64,000 nt of DNA. It comes from Histomonas meleagridis 2922-C6/04-290x (taxonomy: Eukaryota; Protista; Parabasalia). Below the pieces are notes generated by a model. The model searched no databases and had not been told where the DNA came from. It was given only the letters and a program-made list of their open reading frames with translations. Position 1 is the first letter of the stretch; each line of letters starts with the position of its first letter. This document shows, piece after piece, positions 24,450 through 35,596 of this stretch. The stretch is taken from positions 186,001 to 250,000 of the forward strand of contig JAANOX010000256.1 of the NCBI GenBank assembly GCA_020184695.1, in the 5' to 3' direction. Both the position numbers and the translations under genes were made by a program.

Positions 24450-27400
24450 TTAAAAATATTGTGTTTCATTTGATGGTAGACTTGAGTCTGATTGTGAATC
24501 CGGTAGCACAAATATTTTCGAAAGTTGAATATTTGCAAAACCATGAGATTGTAAAATAGAAGAAATTAATGATAACATATAATTTCTAAATTCTTTGAAT
24601 TCATCATCATTTAAATGTGATTTTTCAAAGAATGATTTGAAGTATCTTAAAGTATTAAATATTTCTACACATCCATATTCCATTGTTAAATTTCCATTGC
24701 AATCTTTTTTATGCTTTGAATTCAATCCTATCGGCAATTGTAATGTTTTGAAATCACATAAACGGTCGTCACACACAAATTTACCAATATTCGAAACAAA
24801 TCTATGCAAAAACAATCCTAACCTATTCGCTACATACTTCCAAGAATTGGATTTAAAACACTTTGAACATCTCATTACATCTCTTAAATTATAAGACATT
24901 ATAATTTTTTCACCACAATTTCCACATTCAAATTCTAATTCACAAATATGAGGAATTACAATAGCCACGCATTCATCTCTTTGTGTCATTCCATGAGCTT
25001 CAGCAACTTTTATATCTAAAGCTCTTCCAATCATTGCCACACTCATTCCACCAAATGGGTCACAAAGTCTCCAAATTGGAGCCAACACCTGATTTGACAA
25101 ATACCATTCAATATCCAATTCATTAACGTTTTCTATTTCATCTGGAATTCTTGCTCTTTCCCCAATATCTTTTTCCTCACCTTTTATAATCACATAAGCT
25201 ATAGTCATATTCGGTGAAACATGCTCACCTCTTTCTTCCATCCTCTTAGCAACACGCACATGCGGCAACATGTTATCGTGGTACTTGTTTAACGGCTTTG
25301 TCAGCGTCATGTACAACGTTAAGTGTTCAATTTTTATGTTATCGAGAACCCGAAAACCGTTTTCATCGTTTGACAGTTTTGGGTTAATTCCATATTCCTT
25401 TAGTATATAAGAAGCAGAAATGTCATTAATGTTATTATTATTCTTAAATAAAAGCTGACTACTTTTAGGGAATATTAACTTTCTTTTCACTCGATAATTT
25501 TGAGGAAAACATTCCGCAGATAATATATTCGATAAAGAAGATTCATTACTTGAGTTTTGAGTATTAATTAAAATAATTGCTCGATTTGATAAACTTAAAG
25601 TTTCTTCGTTTTGTATTCCATTATTTCTTAATAATTTCGATATCCGTGATAACTCTATAAGTATTTCACAAATAGCGATATCGCGATCATTTGATTTTAG
25701 AAATCGATCAATGATATACGCGGAAAGATATTTCGTTAATCCGCACCAATCACGACGAATTAACTCGATACCTTTAATCTTTTGATGACTTTTACCAGGA
25801 GCATCATATACGAGTGCAACATATCTTTTCTTTTGTATCAATAACATTTTCAAAAACAAATTCTCGAATATTAATTTTATGTTTTTAAATTGTTTTGTGA
25901 TTTTTGTACTTATTTCTTCTGCAAGTTTTATTGCTTCAGTAATGTTCGAGAAACCACTATCAACCATTACTGAATCAGTATCGCCATAAATGACCGAATT
26001 CTTTCCCGATTTCTCAATGATTTCAACAGTGTTTTGTAATATGTTTCGTCCAATTTGTGTAATTAACGCTGCAATCGAATTAGCCATAAAACGACTATGT
26101 CTATAACCTAAATAACCATAAGTCGAATTCGCTAATGATTTTAATGCGAGTTGTTTCGTGTTAATTCGTTGGATTTCTAATCGTAACTGATATAATTTCT
26201 TATGAAGTTCATTTGAATCTTGATTAATTTGTTCTTTAGATATAAAATTATTATGAAACAATTTACCAATTTCATTTATATTATTTGGATTTTGTGTTTT
26301 TATTTCATTTTTATTATTTAAAATTTCTTCTTCTATTTGTGTATATTCATTAGTATATTCTTTAATTTTCTCTTTAATTTTTTGTCTTTCAGTTAATAGC
26401 TCAGACATAATTTTAGGTAAAATACCTTTTTGCTCATTATTTTTGGACATTTCAGGATCAGGGTTATTCAAATCTAAAGTCGTAAAACAAATATTATACT
26501 CAATAATAATCGAAGGATATAAAGAAGCATAATCTAAACATAAAATACACGTCTCATAAAAGCCTCGTTTAGGTTGTAATACCATTCCACCAGGAAAAGC
26601 AGGTTCTTTTTTAAGATTGGAGATCACTTTATCAGGTATTACGAAACCTTTCTCATAAAAATATTTCAAAAATAAGGACTCACATCTAAAAGATGAATGT
26701 CCAAGTTGTACACGTGCCCAAGGACAACCACTAATCTGTGATATATTTAAACTTAATGAAAGTATATCTAATGAATTTAATAGTTGTGCTATATAAAGCG
26801 TATCACGTGAATTATATCGTATTAAATTCCATAGTTCTTCTTCGTTTTTTAAATCAATTTCAAAATGATCAATTTGTTGTCGATGAAATCCAAATTGCGT
26901 TTGAACAGCTGATGATAAATCATTTGATTTAGAATGCATAAACTCTTGACATCCAACTTGAATATCACATGGAATTCGACCAGATAATAACATAGTAGTC
27001 TTAAGCTTTTTATAAAAAATATATGGATTAATAGATCGTTTTAATCGACCTATTTTCCACCATTGATCAATATGATTTTGATTTATTCGCTCAAATATTA
27101 ATGGCAATTGTATTGTCGTTAAACCATATGAACAAATGATATCAATATCAAAATCATCAACTAATTGACAAAAATTTATCAACAATTCTTTTTCATTTTT
27201 ATAGAAAAAAATGTTTTTCGACTCATTTGAATGACTTTGTTCGGATTTTAAATCAGTAGATACTAATGTAAATGATTTACTACCAGAGCCAGAAAAATCT
27301 ATAATATCCCATTCATGTAATACACGTAACGAAATCATGTAAATTTCATGAGAATGAAAAAATGATCGAATTGAAATTGTACCGATGTTCATCGGTGGAA

Positions 27401-28091
27401 TGGTTGGAGTATCAATAGGTGTTATGTCATCTATTGTAGGAATGGCAAACATTGGTATTGTGGAAATACGTTTCTTTTTGGATAAATTGGTGCAGCGAAT
27501 CCAGGAGGGACCGTTTACTTTGCGGCGAACAAAAATACTTTCAGACAAAGGCGCTGAGATACCAAAGACATGTGAATAATGAGTGCCTTTTGGTTTAATC
27601 TTCGAAATATTACATTTAGAAGAAAAAGTGGCACAACAATAATTGGCACGTTTTGGAATTAAAACATTTTCAAATGAGTAAAGTAATTCTTTCATTTCAT
27701 AGGAAATTAGTGATCCGCCAATTCGATTAGCGACTTCTTTGACTTCACCAACAATTTCAAATTCGTGTCCTGATATAGGTAAAAATTGAACATAATAATA
27801 TGGATTTAAAACTTGTATACAAACAGTGTAATATTTTTCCTCGATAAGTTGTTTGCAAAATAAAAAAATTTGTCCATCTTCTTCATGTATATGAAAAACA
27901 AATAAATCTACAACAGAATCTGGTGGCATTTGGATAGATACTTTGGGTGGCATTGTAAAATCAAATTCATCTGTATCAACAGAATCAACATGTTCAAAAT
28001 GAAAAAACTTCTTTTCTTTATTACAAATTTCAATATCACTTGATGAGTCAGAAAGAAATGAAATCTCTTCATTATCTTTGCATTTTTCCAT
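24450..28091 (-). CDS. POLA1: DNA polymerase alpha catalytic subunit (family B)
   Basis: Motif A LDYASLYPSII, motif B KQLALKSLANSTYG, motif C YGDTDS, KKRY, KGIELIRRDW, C-terminal zinc finger CGNC...CSKC; GPSWI segment typical of Pol alpha. Start at ATG 28091. Confidence 0.88.
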   Translation of the reverse strand: MEKCKDNEEISFLSDSSSDIEICNKEKKFFHFEHVDSVDTDEFDFTMPPKVSIQMPPDSVVDLFVFHIHEEDGQIFLFCKQLIEEKYYTVCIQVLNPYYYVQFLPISGHEFEIVGEVKEVANRIGGSLISYEMKELLYSFENVLIPKRANYCCATFSSKCNISKIKPKGTHYSHVFGISAPLSESIFVRRKVNGPSWIRCTNLSKKKRISTIPMFAIPTIDDITPIDTPTIPPMNIGTISIRSFFHSHEIYMISLRVLHEWDIIDFSGSGSKSFTLVSTDLKSEQSHSNESKNIFFYKNEKELLINFCQLVDDFDIDIICSYGLTTIQLPLIFERINQNHIDQWWKIGRLKRSINPYIFYKKLKTTMLLSGRIPCDIQVGCQEFMHSKSNDLSSAVQTQFGFHRQQIDHFEIDLKNEEELWNLIRYNSRDTLYIAQLLNSLDILSLSLNISQISGCPWARVQLGHSSFRCESLFLKYFYEKGFVIPDKVISNLKKEPAFPGGMVLQPKRGFYETCILCLDYASLYPSIIIEYNICFTTLDLNNPDPEMSKNNEQKGILPKIMSELLTERQKIKEKIKEYTNEYTQIEEEILNNKNEIKTQNPNNINEIGKLFHNNFISKEQINQDSNELHKKLYQLRLEIQRINTKQLALKSLANSTYGYLGYRHSRFMANSIAALITQIGRNILQNTVEIIEKSGKNSVIYGDTDSVMVDSGFSNITEAIKLAEEISTKITKQFKNIKLIFENLFLKMLLIQKKRYVALVYDAPGKSHQKIKGIELIRRDWCGLTKYLSAYIIDRFLKSNDRDIAICEILIELSRISKLLRNNGIQNEETLSLSNRAIILINTQNSSNESSLSNILSAECFPQNYRVKRKLIFPKSSQLLFKNNNNINDISASYILKEYGINPKLSNDENGFRVLDNIKIEHLTLYMTLTKPLNKYHDNMLPHVRVAKRMEERGEHVSPNMTIAYVIIKGEEKDIGERARIPDEIENVNELDIEWYLSNQVLAPIWRLCDPFGGMSVAMIGRALDIKVAEAHGMTQRDECVAIVIPHICELEFECGNCGEKIIMSYNLRDVMRCSKCFKSNSWKYVANRLGLFLHRFVSNIGKFVCDDRLCDFKTLQLPIGLNSKHKKDCNGNLTMEYGCVEIFNTLRYFKSFFEKSHLNDDEFKEFRNYMLSLISSILQSHGFANIQLSKIFVLPDSQSDSSLPSNETQYF

Positions 28092-28214
28092 TAAGCCCAA
28101 AAATCCAAAAGCTTCACAGCTTGTGTATAAAAAAGTGTAAATAATTGAATGTTTTTATTATGTCAACATTTTCTTTGTCAAAATCAATTGCCAAAAAAAC
28201 TTCTCAATTATAAA

Positions 28215-28222
28215 AAAGTGAC
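28215..28222 (+). promoter_or_regulatory. M2-like core promoter motif AAAGTGAC
   Basis: Exact match to the T. vaginalis motif-2 consensus as I recall it, 12 nt upstream of ATG 28235. Confidence 0.5.
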
Positions 28223-28234
28223 GAACATAAAAAG

Positions 28235-28450
28235 ATGAGCCAATTCAACCCAATTGTATCATTTGGAGGACAAAATCTTTTTTTCGCAGTAAGTTCCATT
28301 GTTGCTTTTATATGCGTGGTACGTTTCTTCCTTTATGAAAACAAAAAAGACAGAAATCTTGGAATGGAAATAATTTCTGCAATTTTTGCAGCTGTTACAC
28401 TTAGCGTTTGGATTTTCTTTGCTCTCCTTCGTGCAGATGTCATTCTTTGA
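28235..28450 (+). CDS. TMEM258: Oligosaccharyltransferase subunit OST5/TMEM258-like small two-TM protein
   Basis: 71 aa, two hydrophobic helices; FFLYE...K..RNL..EII..I.A pattern parallels TMEM258 (FFVYE...K..RDI..ELL). Confidence 0.65.
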   Translation: MSQFNPIVSFGGQNLFFAVSSIVAFICVVRFFLYENKKDRNLGMEIISAIFAAVTLSVWIFFALLRADVIL

Positions 28451-28968
28451 TTAATAAAAATAATTTATCACAAGATTATCTTTTTCTTTCCATCTTCATT
28501 TCCATTTTTTTTTCATGACAATTTCTTCAGTAAAAGTCAGTTAAAAAAGATTATGATATTATAAACGCACGAAGAAGACAGAGACAGTGCTTGCCCACGG
28601 ACAGACAAACAAAGAGATATTCAGTCAGTAAAGAAATCTATCAAAAACGATTCGCTATTGGTAGCAGAATTCAAAATATTAAATCATATTTTAAAATATG
28701 ATTTAAGATTGCTGTTCATGCAACTGGTTCATTTTTTATCTTCAATGCAATAAATTTAAGCGTGTTTAATAAAAGTCTGATATGAAACATTTTGAATAAG
28801 AGTTGAAGGAATGATATGTCCTTCTTGGAAAGATGATTGAAGAAGAAACATCTTAACAATCCTTCGTAAAGAACATGAGCGCATTATATTTTTATCAATT
28901 TAAATAAAAGAAGAAATAAATGAAAATTTAAAAGAATATAAAAAAAAGAAAATCAAATTTCATACTGT

Positions 28969-30103
28969 TTAGAAGCACTTGCGGTGGACAATTCCTGGAC
29001 CAGCTTCGTTGTATTCGTCACGTGTGATAACCATTTGTGGGAATGTAGCGAGTGATGCGAGGATGGAGCCACCGATCCAAACTGCGTACTTACGTTCTGG
29101 TGGGGCGACGACTTTGATCTTCATTGTTGGTGGTGCGAGGCGGACCATTTCCTTCTCCATACGTTCTGGGAGACCTTCGAACATTGTGGTACCACCGGAA
29201 AGAACAATGTTAGCGTAGAGATCCTTACGGACATCGATATCGCATGCCATGATGGAGTTGAAGAGGGTTTGGTCAATACCTTCGAATTCGAAGCCATTGA
29301 AGTGTGGCTTGAAAAGAAGTTCTGGGCACCCTGAAGCGCTCGTTGGCGATGGTGATGACGTTGCCATCTGGAAGTGTGTATGAGATGTCGCATTCGGATG
29401 TTGTGGCGGCCTTGTTCATTTCTTCGTCGAAATCAAGAGCAACATATGCGTGCTTCTCCTTGATATCACGAACGATTTCCTTTTCGGCGGATGTTGTGAA
29501 GGTGTACCCACGTTCGTTAAGGATCTTTTGGAGGTAGGCTGTGAGATCACGACCGGCGAGGTTGATACGCATGATGGCGTGTGGAAGGGAGTAACCTTCG
29601 TAGATTGGAACTGTGTGGGAAACACCATCACCTGCATCGAAAACGATACCGGTTGTACGACCTGATGAGTAAAGGGGAAAGAACGGCTTGGATACCAACA
29701 TAGAATGCTTGCACGTTGAATGTTTCGAATTGGAGTTGGATCATCTTTTCACGGTTGGCCTTTTGGGTTCATTGGGGCTTCTGTAAGAAGAACTGGGTGT
29801 TCAGCTGGGTCAACACGTAATTCGTTGTAGAATGTGTGGTGCCAGATCTTTTTCCATATCGTCCCAGTTGGTAACGATACCGTGTTCAATTGGGTACTTG
29901 AGGATGAGGATACCTGCCTTAGCGCATGCTTCATCACCAACATATGTATCCTTGTTTTGACCACCAGCGATTGTTTGGACATACTTTGGACGACCAACAA
30001 TTGATGGGAAAACTGAGCGTGGTGCTTCATCACCAGCGAAACCGGCCTTGCACATACCGGAACCATTATCGATAACTAATGTTTGAACTTCGTCTTCAGC
30101 CAT
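28969..30103 (-). CDS. ACT: Actin, with four +1 homopolymer frameshifts in this sequence
   Basis: [25 protein letters not shown]...[10 protein letters not shown]...IVHRKCF. Extra bases in runs at 29849-29853, 29761-29764, 29674-29677 and 29329-29331; removing them gives a 376-aa actin. Confidence 0.93.
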
Positions 30104-30112
30104 TAGGATAAA

Positions 30113-30117
30113 TGTGA
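30113..30117 (-). promoter_or_regulatory. Inr element TCACA upstream of actin
   Basis: TTCACATTTATCCTA-ATG on the minus strand; Inr 9 nt before the ATG. Confidence 0.6.
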
Positions 30118-30326
30118 ACTGAACAGAAGAGGTGAAATGTTCCTGTCAATTTCCCGGACAATTGAGCTCGGGCAGCCCTTTCAAATATTTTATCGTCTTT
30201 TCAAGAAGGCAATGATTTCAATGCAGAAAAAAAAAATGGTAATAAAACCCACAAGCTTGGTTTGTATCATAAATGATCGGAAACTGCTAATATCCAATCA
30301 AAATATCTTCCCAATTCACTTGCAGG

Positions 30327-30554
30327 TTAAACTACATTAGAAACAAGACTTTTCCAAAAAGCTTCAACTATATCCCAATATGATTTTATGCAACCTTGAA
30401 TAATACTCTTGTTTTTTTGAGGTTCTCCTCTTACTGGATCAAGAATCAAATCATTTTGTAAAGTATTAAATTTTTTTGAATGCTTAATCGGCCTGAGTTT
30501 TTCATGATATATCAAAACTCTGATATTATGCAAAGTCCTCTGTGAGGAACTCAT
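30327..30554 (-). CDS. Small hypothetical ORF or truncated gene (75 aa)
   Basis: ATG preceded by CCTTTT and TCATTCATTTT (M5- and Inr-like); translation past the TAA still looks protein-like (PASELGRYFDWILAV). Confidence 0.35.
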   Translation of the reverse strand: MSSSQRTLHNIRVLIYHEKLRPIKHSKKFNTLQNDLILDPVRGEPQKNKSIIQGCIKSYWDIVEAFWKSLVSNVV

Positions 30555-31041
30555 TTATTTCTAAAATGAATGAAAAGGTTTTTATGGAATTCCCAAAAAT
30601 TATGTTTTTAAAAAATTATGAAAATTGGACAATGAGCATAAAAACCATTTTTTCATAATCCGATTATTTCCTTATCAAAAAGCTCATTGGTGTTATAAAA
30701 TTTCTGAATTCAATCGTGTGGGGTTTTTGATATTGTCAAAATGGTTGTTTACCGAATTGAGTTAACTTTTGAATAAATTCTATAAGTGGCATCAAAAGCG
30801 GAGAAAAAGTCATCTTTAATTAAAATAAGATTTTCTTAATATATTATTAATTTTCGAATATCATATTATGAAATTAAAAATTATATCTTATCTTTTTTAT
30901 TCAACATATAAAAGAGTGCTCAAAATCCTTCCGAATAGAAAGAAATAATGTTTTTCATTGAGGATTTTTGGTTTCTATGCCTTCGATCGTTGAACAAACA
31001 ATTTCATTCAAAAAAACTCCTTTATAAAAGTTTGGACCAAA

Positions 31042-31665
31042 ATGTGTAAACACGGTTGTTGCTCAACTGTAGCGATTTTAATACTTACCATTATAGGTGC
31101 CGGGGTTTCTTTTGCACTATTGATAGTTGGTGTCCTTAAATTTAATGATATAAAGGATATTGCAGAAGAATATTATTTTATTATTCTAATTGTTATTATT
31201 TGTATTGGTGGAGTTGCTCTTATATTATCAATTATTAGTTCTTTTACTTCTTCCAAATGTTTCAGAATATTTGTTTCTATTTTGCTTTATCTTTATGCAA
31301 TCATTATTGCAGCTCTTGGAATCATTATAATCTTGTTTAAAGGTAAATTCCAGGATCTTGTTATAAATTACCTTCACAGTAATTTGCCGACCGATGAAAC
31401 ATTCATAAATATTGAAAATGTTTTTGCTTGCTGTGCCGACATTTCTTCGCAAGAGAAATGCCTGGACATTACCCAAGACATTCAAAAGTGTTCGAATTCG
31501 ATTCCAGAAGATATCAAATTATTTTCATACATATTTCTTGGTGTCTTTCTATTAGGTTTTGTTCTTCTTTTTGTAACAGCAATAATATTCGATTGTACGA
31601 GTTGTTGCTATAATAAAAATGATGACACATCTCCTGAAGCAACTCCTTTGTCATATATTTGGTAA
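31042..31665 (+). CDS. Tetraspanin-like protein
   Basis: Four TM helices; large second loop with FACC and further Cys residues; short Cys-containing tails. Confidence 0.8.
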   Translation: MCKHGCCSTVAILILTIIGAGVSFALLIVGVLKFNDIKDIAEEYYFIILIVIICIGGVALILSIISSFTSSKCFRIFVSILLYLYAIIIAALGIIIILFKGKFQDLVINYLHSNLPTDETFINIENVFACCADISSQEKCLDITQDIQKCSNSIPEDIKLFSYIFLGVFLLGFVLLFVTAIIFDCTSCCYNKNDDTSPEATPLSYIW

Positions 31666-32151
31666 ATGTCATAGTGTTTTTTGTTATTTTATGTTATTTT
31701 TCATTTAGTAAAAGGCTGAATATTTCCCTTCTCAGAGGTTTGGTTTTTATGCTGAATAAACAATACAAAAAGTGAAAACTTATGCTGATTTTAGATATTA
31801 ATAAACAAATTTGGCTTTACTTTCCAGCCTTCTTCCAATTTATATTTTTCTGGTTTGTTTGAGGTATAATTTAAATTTTTTGGAATAACTGATTTGTTAA
31901 TCAATTTTACTCACATTTCAGTTTTTTAGAAATATTTGCCAAAAAGCTGAGTGAAATTTAATAAAGAAACAAGCCCTATTACTCTTTTTACTGGGAGAAA
32001 GTCGTGGTGAGTTCAGCAAGATTTTTTGGGAAAATTTTGAATTCAATAAATTGGGTTGTTGACTCAGAAACTCTTTCAATTGTTTGAGCAAAATTAAGTT
32101 GTTTACATATAGTACACCCCAAAATTTGAGATAAATCCATAATTTTCAACA

Positions 32152-34839
32152 ATGTTTGTAGAAAATCTTTCAGACTTCGAAATACTATGCAATAATTTCT
32201 ACCAAATAGGAGAAGAATCAGACATTGCGAGAGAAAGAATCATACAAATGAGTGAAGATCCTCATGCTCTATTTATATTTCATAACTTCATGATAAACAC
32301 ACAAAATGAAAAGGCCATGTTCATTATATTATCGACAATCACCCAAAAAATACCAACACAATGGGAAATGTTAAAGGATTTCCAAAAAGAAGCATTTCAA
32401 AAATATTATTGGAATTTACTTGATAATTGGTCAAAAGCTAATGTAAACCAAACACTCCTTCATCAGCTAGATGCGTTAGTTGTACAAATTCTTTTTATTG
32501 AATGGCCACACAATTGGCCAACATTTATGAACGACCTAATTTTAAACGCAGGCAATGACGAATCTGCTATTCTTAACACTACATACTTTTTTGCGCTTTT
32601 TTCTCAACAGCTTCATCATTCTCAACTTCTTTCAGATCGTAAACAAGAATTAATCCATTCATTACACAAACATTTTCAAACCATTTATAACTTCCTTAGT
32701 ATTATTTTTATTAAATCCAACAATGCAATTCTTCGTGTCGAAGCCTTAAACACACTTGGTGAGTATCTTGAATGGGTAGATTTACGACTTATTTCCGTTG
32801 ACAAAATATGTGATGCTTTCTATGACATTTTAGCTACCCACAACAATTTCTGTGCCTCTGTCCTCAGATGTTTGCATGCAATTGTGTCCAGAGAAAACGC
32901 GGGCGCCGATAGGCTCATGACTTACATTTTGAATCAGTTTCTGAAGACGGTTTCTCTCAATTTTGAATTGCTGTCCGATCCTGAGCTTGTTCCACTTTTT
33001 CTACGTATCGTTTCGCGGTTTATCTGTCTTGGGCGATGTGCATTATTACCTAATGATTTATTAATAGAGATCATGTTAGAGTATACGAAATATGTTACAG
33101 ATGACTTATTTACTGTTGCAGTTGATACGTGGCATTGCATAACACAAGTTTTCATGCTTGAGACATCATTTTTACCATTTTCAATTAATCTTTTATTGCC
33201 ATTGCAATATACATTATGTGAACGTATGGTAGCACCACCAGAGTTTAATGGCGATAAAGGATTATATGATAAAATGTCCGAAACGCTTTTGTTATTATTT
33301 AAAGTTAGTCATGAAAACATTTTACAAGTTCTTGTTGAAAAAATTCGTAATCCGCAATCGATTGAACAACTTTTACCATTTATATATTCGATTGGGTCAA
33401 TTTCTGGCATATGTAATGTTGAAGAAGAAAAACAATTTTTAACTGAAGTGTTTAACATATTATTAAGGAATCGTAACACTAATGAACTCATTAACTTAAG
33501 TATATTATATTTAATATCACATCATCAACGTTATCTTTATCATCAAAAAGATTTGTTATTATTTGCGGTACAACAATTTTATAATTATTTTGTCGAAGGT
33601 TCCGAAATGACACAAAGTATTTCATTAAAAACATTTTTAAACTTAACGAAAAGTTGCGGTAAATTAATCATTGATAATATGTTCGCACAACCATTTTTCG
33701 AAAACATTTCAACGATTTTATCACATATATCACCACATATGCATATATTATTTTTCGAGAATATGATAAATTTGGTTAAAGCATGCGCAAACCTTCAAAT
33801 CAAACAACAAATTGTTCATATTCTGTTTAATTTCGCAACTTCGTATGAAATTTTAACAATTTTGATGGAAGTCGCACTCGAAAGTGAACAAGAACAAGTC
33901 GAAAAAGTCATCTTAAACATATTAAATCAATTCCCACAATGTTGTCAAAACCAAATTGAATTTCATGCGATTTATGAATTATTTAAACATTTCTTAAAGA
34001 AATTCCCAAATACAAATTTACTTAGTCAATTAACGCAAACGTTCTTCGTTGAATTTTCACAGACACATTCATTTGAATCATTTGACTGCTTTACAATTCT
34101 GATCGATAGTGGAAATGTCGGTTTGATCCCACAGATTTTCAATCAATTAATCCAGCCGACTTTTTCAGAGATATCGTCCACTTTTTCGGAGCACCCCGAA
34201 CACAGACATTCATTTTATTCATTAATTTTATCGATGTTTAAACATTTTGAGATATTAGATAAAGAAATCTTTACTGAGTTATTTAATTATACATTCTTTG
34301 GACTTCAACATCCACAAAATGATATATCGGAACTATCATTAAATTGCATTTCAATAATAATCTCGAAAGTTGAATCTAATGAAGAAATTATTGAAGAGTT
34401 TTACAAAGTATTTTATGTTGAAATCCTTTCGCATATGTTTAATGCTATTTTTGATGGAATGCATTCGTTTTTATTTATGCAACTTACGCAAAACATTTCA
34501 TATTTACTTCAACTTGTTCTTACGCAAAAAATTAATTTCATTAATGTAAATGATTTGGAAGAAATAATGTTCCAAAAGGTAATTAGCTTATTCCCTAATC
34601 ATAATCGAGAAATGTTTTATATGTTCGTCGAAAACGTAATTCGTAATGTACAAAACATTGCACAGTTACGTCAAATGTTTAATAACTTCATCGTTGCTGT
34701 GAAACAAATTACTCCCGATCAAATCGATGACGATTTGGTGGTGAATATGGGATTCGGAAGAAGTAACGTGCTGCTAAATGACGCGACTGAGGATTTGTCG
34801 TTTATGCTCGAGAATGAAATCGAATTGGAGGAAATTTGA
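32152..34839 (+). CDS. Exportin-1/CRM1-like karyopherin (divergent)
   Basis: FIEWPHNWPTFMNDL, LGEYLEWVDL, RMVAP, SIGSISGICNVEEEKQFL parallel CRM1 HEAT-repeat motifs. Confidence 0.78.
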   Translation: MFVENLSDFEILCNNFYQIGEESDIARERIIQMSEDPHALFIFHNFMINTQNEKAMFIILSTITQKIPTQWEMLKDFQKEAFQKYYWNLLDNWSKANVNQTLLHQLDALVVQILFIEWPHNWPTFMNDLILNAGNDESAILNTTYFFALFSQQLHHSQLLSDRKQELIHSLHKHFQTIYNFLSIIFIKSNNAILRVEALNTLGEYLEWVDLRLISVDKICDAFYDILATHNNFCASVLRCLHAIVSRENAGADRLMTYILNQFLKTVSLNFELLSDPELVPLFLRIVSRFICLGRCALLPNDLLIEIMLEYTKYVTDDLFTVAVDTWHCITQVFMLETSFLPFSINLLLPLQYTLCERMVAPPEFNGDKGLYDKMSETLLLLFKVSHENILQVLVEKIRNPQSIEQLLPFIYSIGSISGICNVEEEKQFLTEVFNILLRNRNTNELINLSILYLISHHQRYLYHQKDLLLFAVQQFYNYFVEGSEMTQSISLKTFLNLTKSCGKLIIDNMFAQPFFENISTILSHISPHMHILFFENMINLVKACANLQIKQQIVHILFNFATSYEILTILMEVALESEQEQVEKVILNILNQFPQCCQNQIEFHAIYELFKHFLKKFPNTNLLSQLTQTFFVEFSQTHSFESFDCFTILIDSGNVGLIPQIFNQLIQPTFSEISSTFSEHPEHRHSFYSLILSMFKHFEILDKEIFTELFNYTFFGLQHPQNDISELSLNCISIIISKVESNEEIIEEFYKVFYVEILSHMFNAIFDGMHSFLFMQLTQNISYLLQLVLTQKINFINVNDLEEIMFQKVISLFPNHNREMFYMFVENVIRNVQNIAQLRQMFNNFIVAVKQITPDQIDDDLVVNMGFGRSNVLLNDATEDLSFMLENEIELEEI

Positions 34840-35596
34840 AAACAAAAATTTATTATTAAAATCGGTTTAAACAAAAATATTTTTTGGAATTATGTTAATT
34901 TATTTATTATATTAATAAAAGTTTTATTTGAATTAAAAAAAATTTCGGATTAAGAAATTATGTAATAGTAACTTCAGTGAAAAACATGTAGTACAAAATA
35001 TTCATATAATTTACGAATATAATGCAGCATTATTCATAATAAAAATTTTTAATATTATAAACTTTTTTACGATTTAAATTCACAATTTTTCACTAACTTC
35101 ACTTGGCAAAACGATAATACGAAATTTTCTTTTCATATTTTAATTAGTTTATATCTTTAGGACTGAAGATATATTAAAATTTCTATTTGCAGCCTAAATA
35201 AAATTTATGATTTGCTAAAAATTTTGTTGTGGGTATACGCATTTTTCACGCTGTAACATGTATACTATTTGTATAGTTGGATATTGGTGTACATGAAAGA
35301 GTAAGAATTAACTTGATTAAGGCCAGTTTAATGAATAATGATTTGGGAATTTTCAAGTACTTCCTTGTTTTGGTGTTGTTGAATAAGCTAATCAATTGAT
35401 TTTGTTGTATTTTTTGGAGTAATTCAATGTTATAAATCTTTTTCTTATGAATAATGCCATAGTCGAAAACACAGGAAAATGTCTTCCAATATGGAAGAAA
35501 TGAATATTATCAAATTAATAACGAAATCTCTCTATAAAAATTTAATCTGAATAAGGAAAAATAAATTTAAATTGTATTTTTTTATTGATAATTATA

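Noticed and set aside
25300-26420. Inteins or spliceosomal introns in the Pol alpha insertions
   Set aside because: No Cys/Ser...His-Asn intein termini and no GT...ACTAAC...AG motif seen; the inserts are in-frame and low-complexity.
28969-30103. Programmed frameshifting in actin
   Set aside because: Four independent +1 events in short homopolymers with no shared slippery motif or structure; consensus error or a pseudogene is far simpler.
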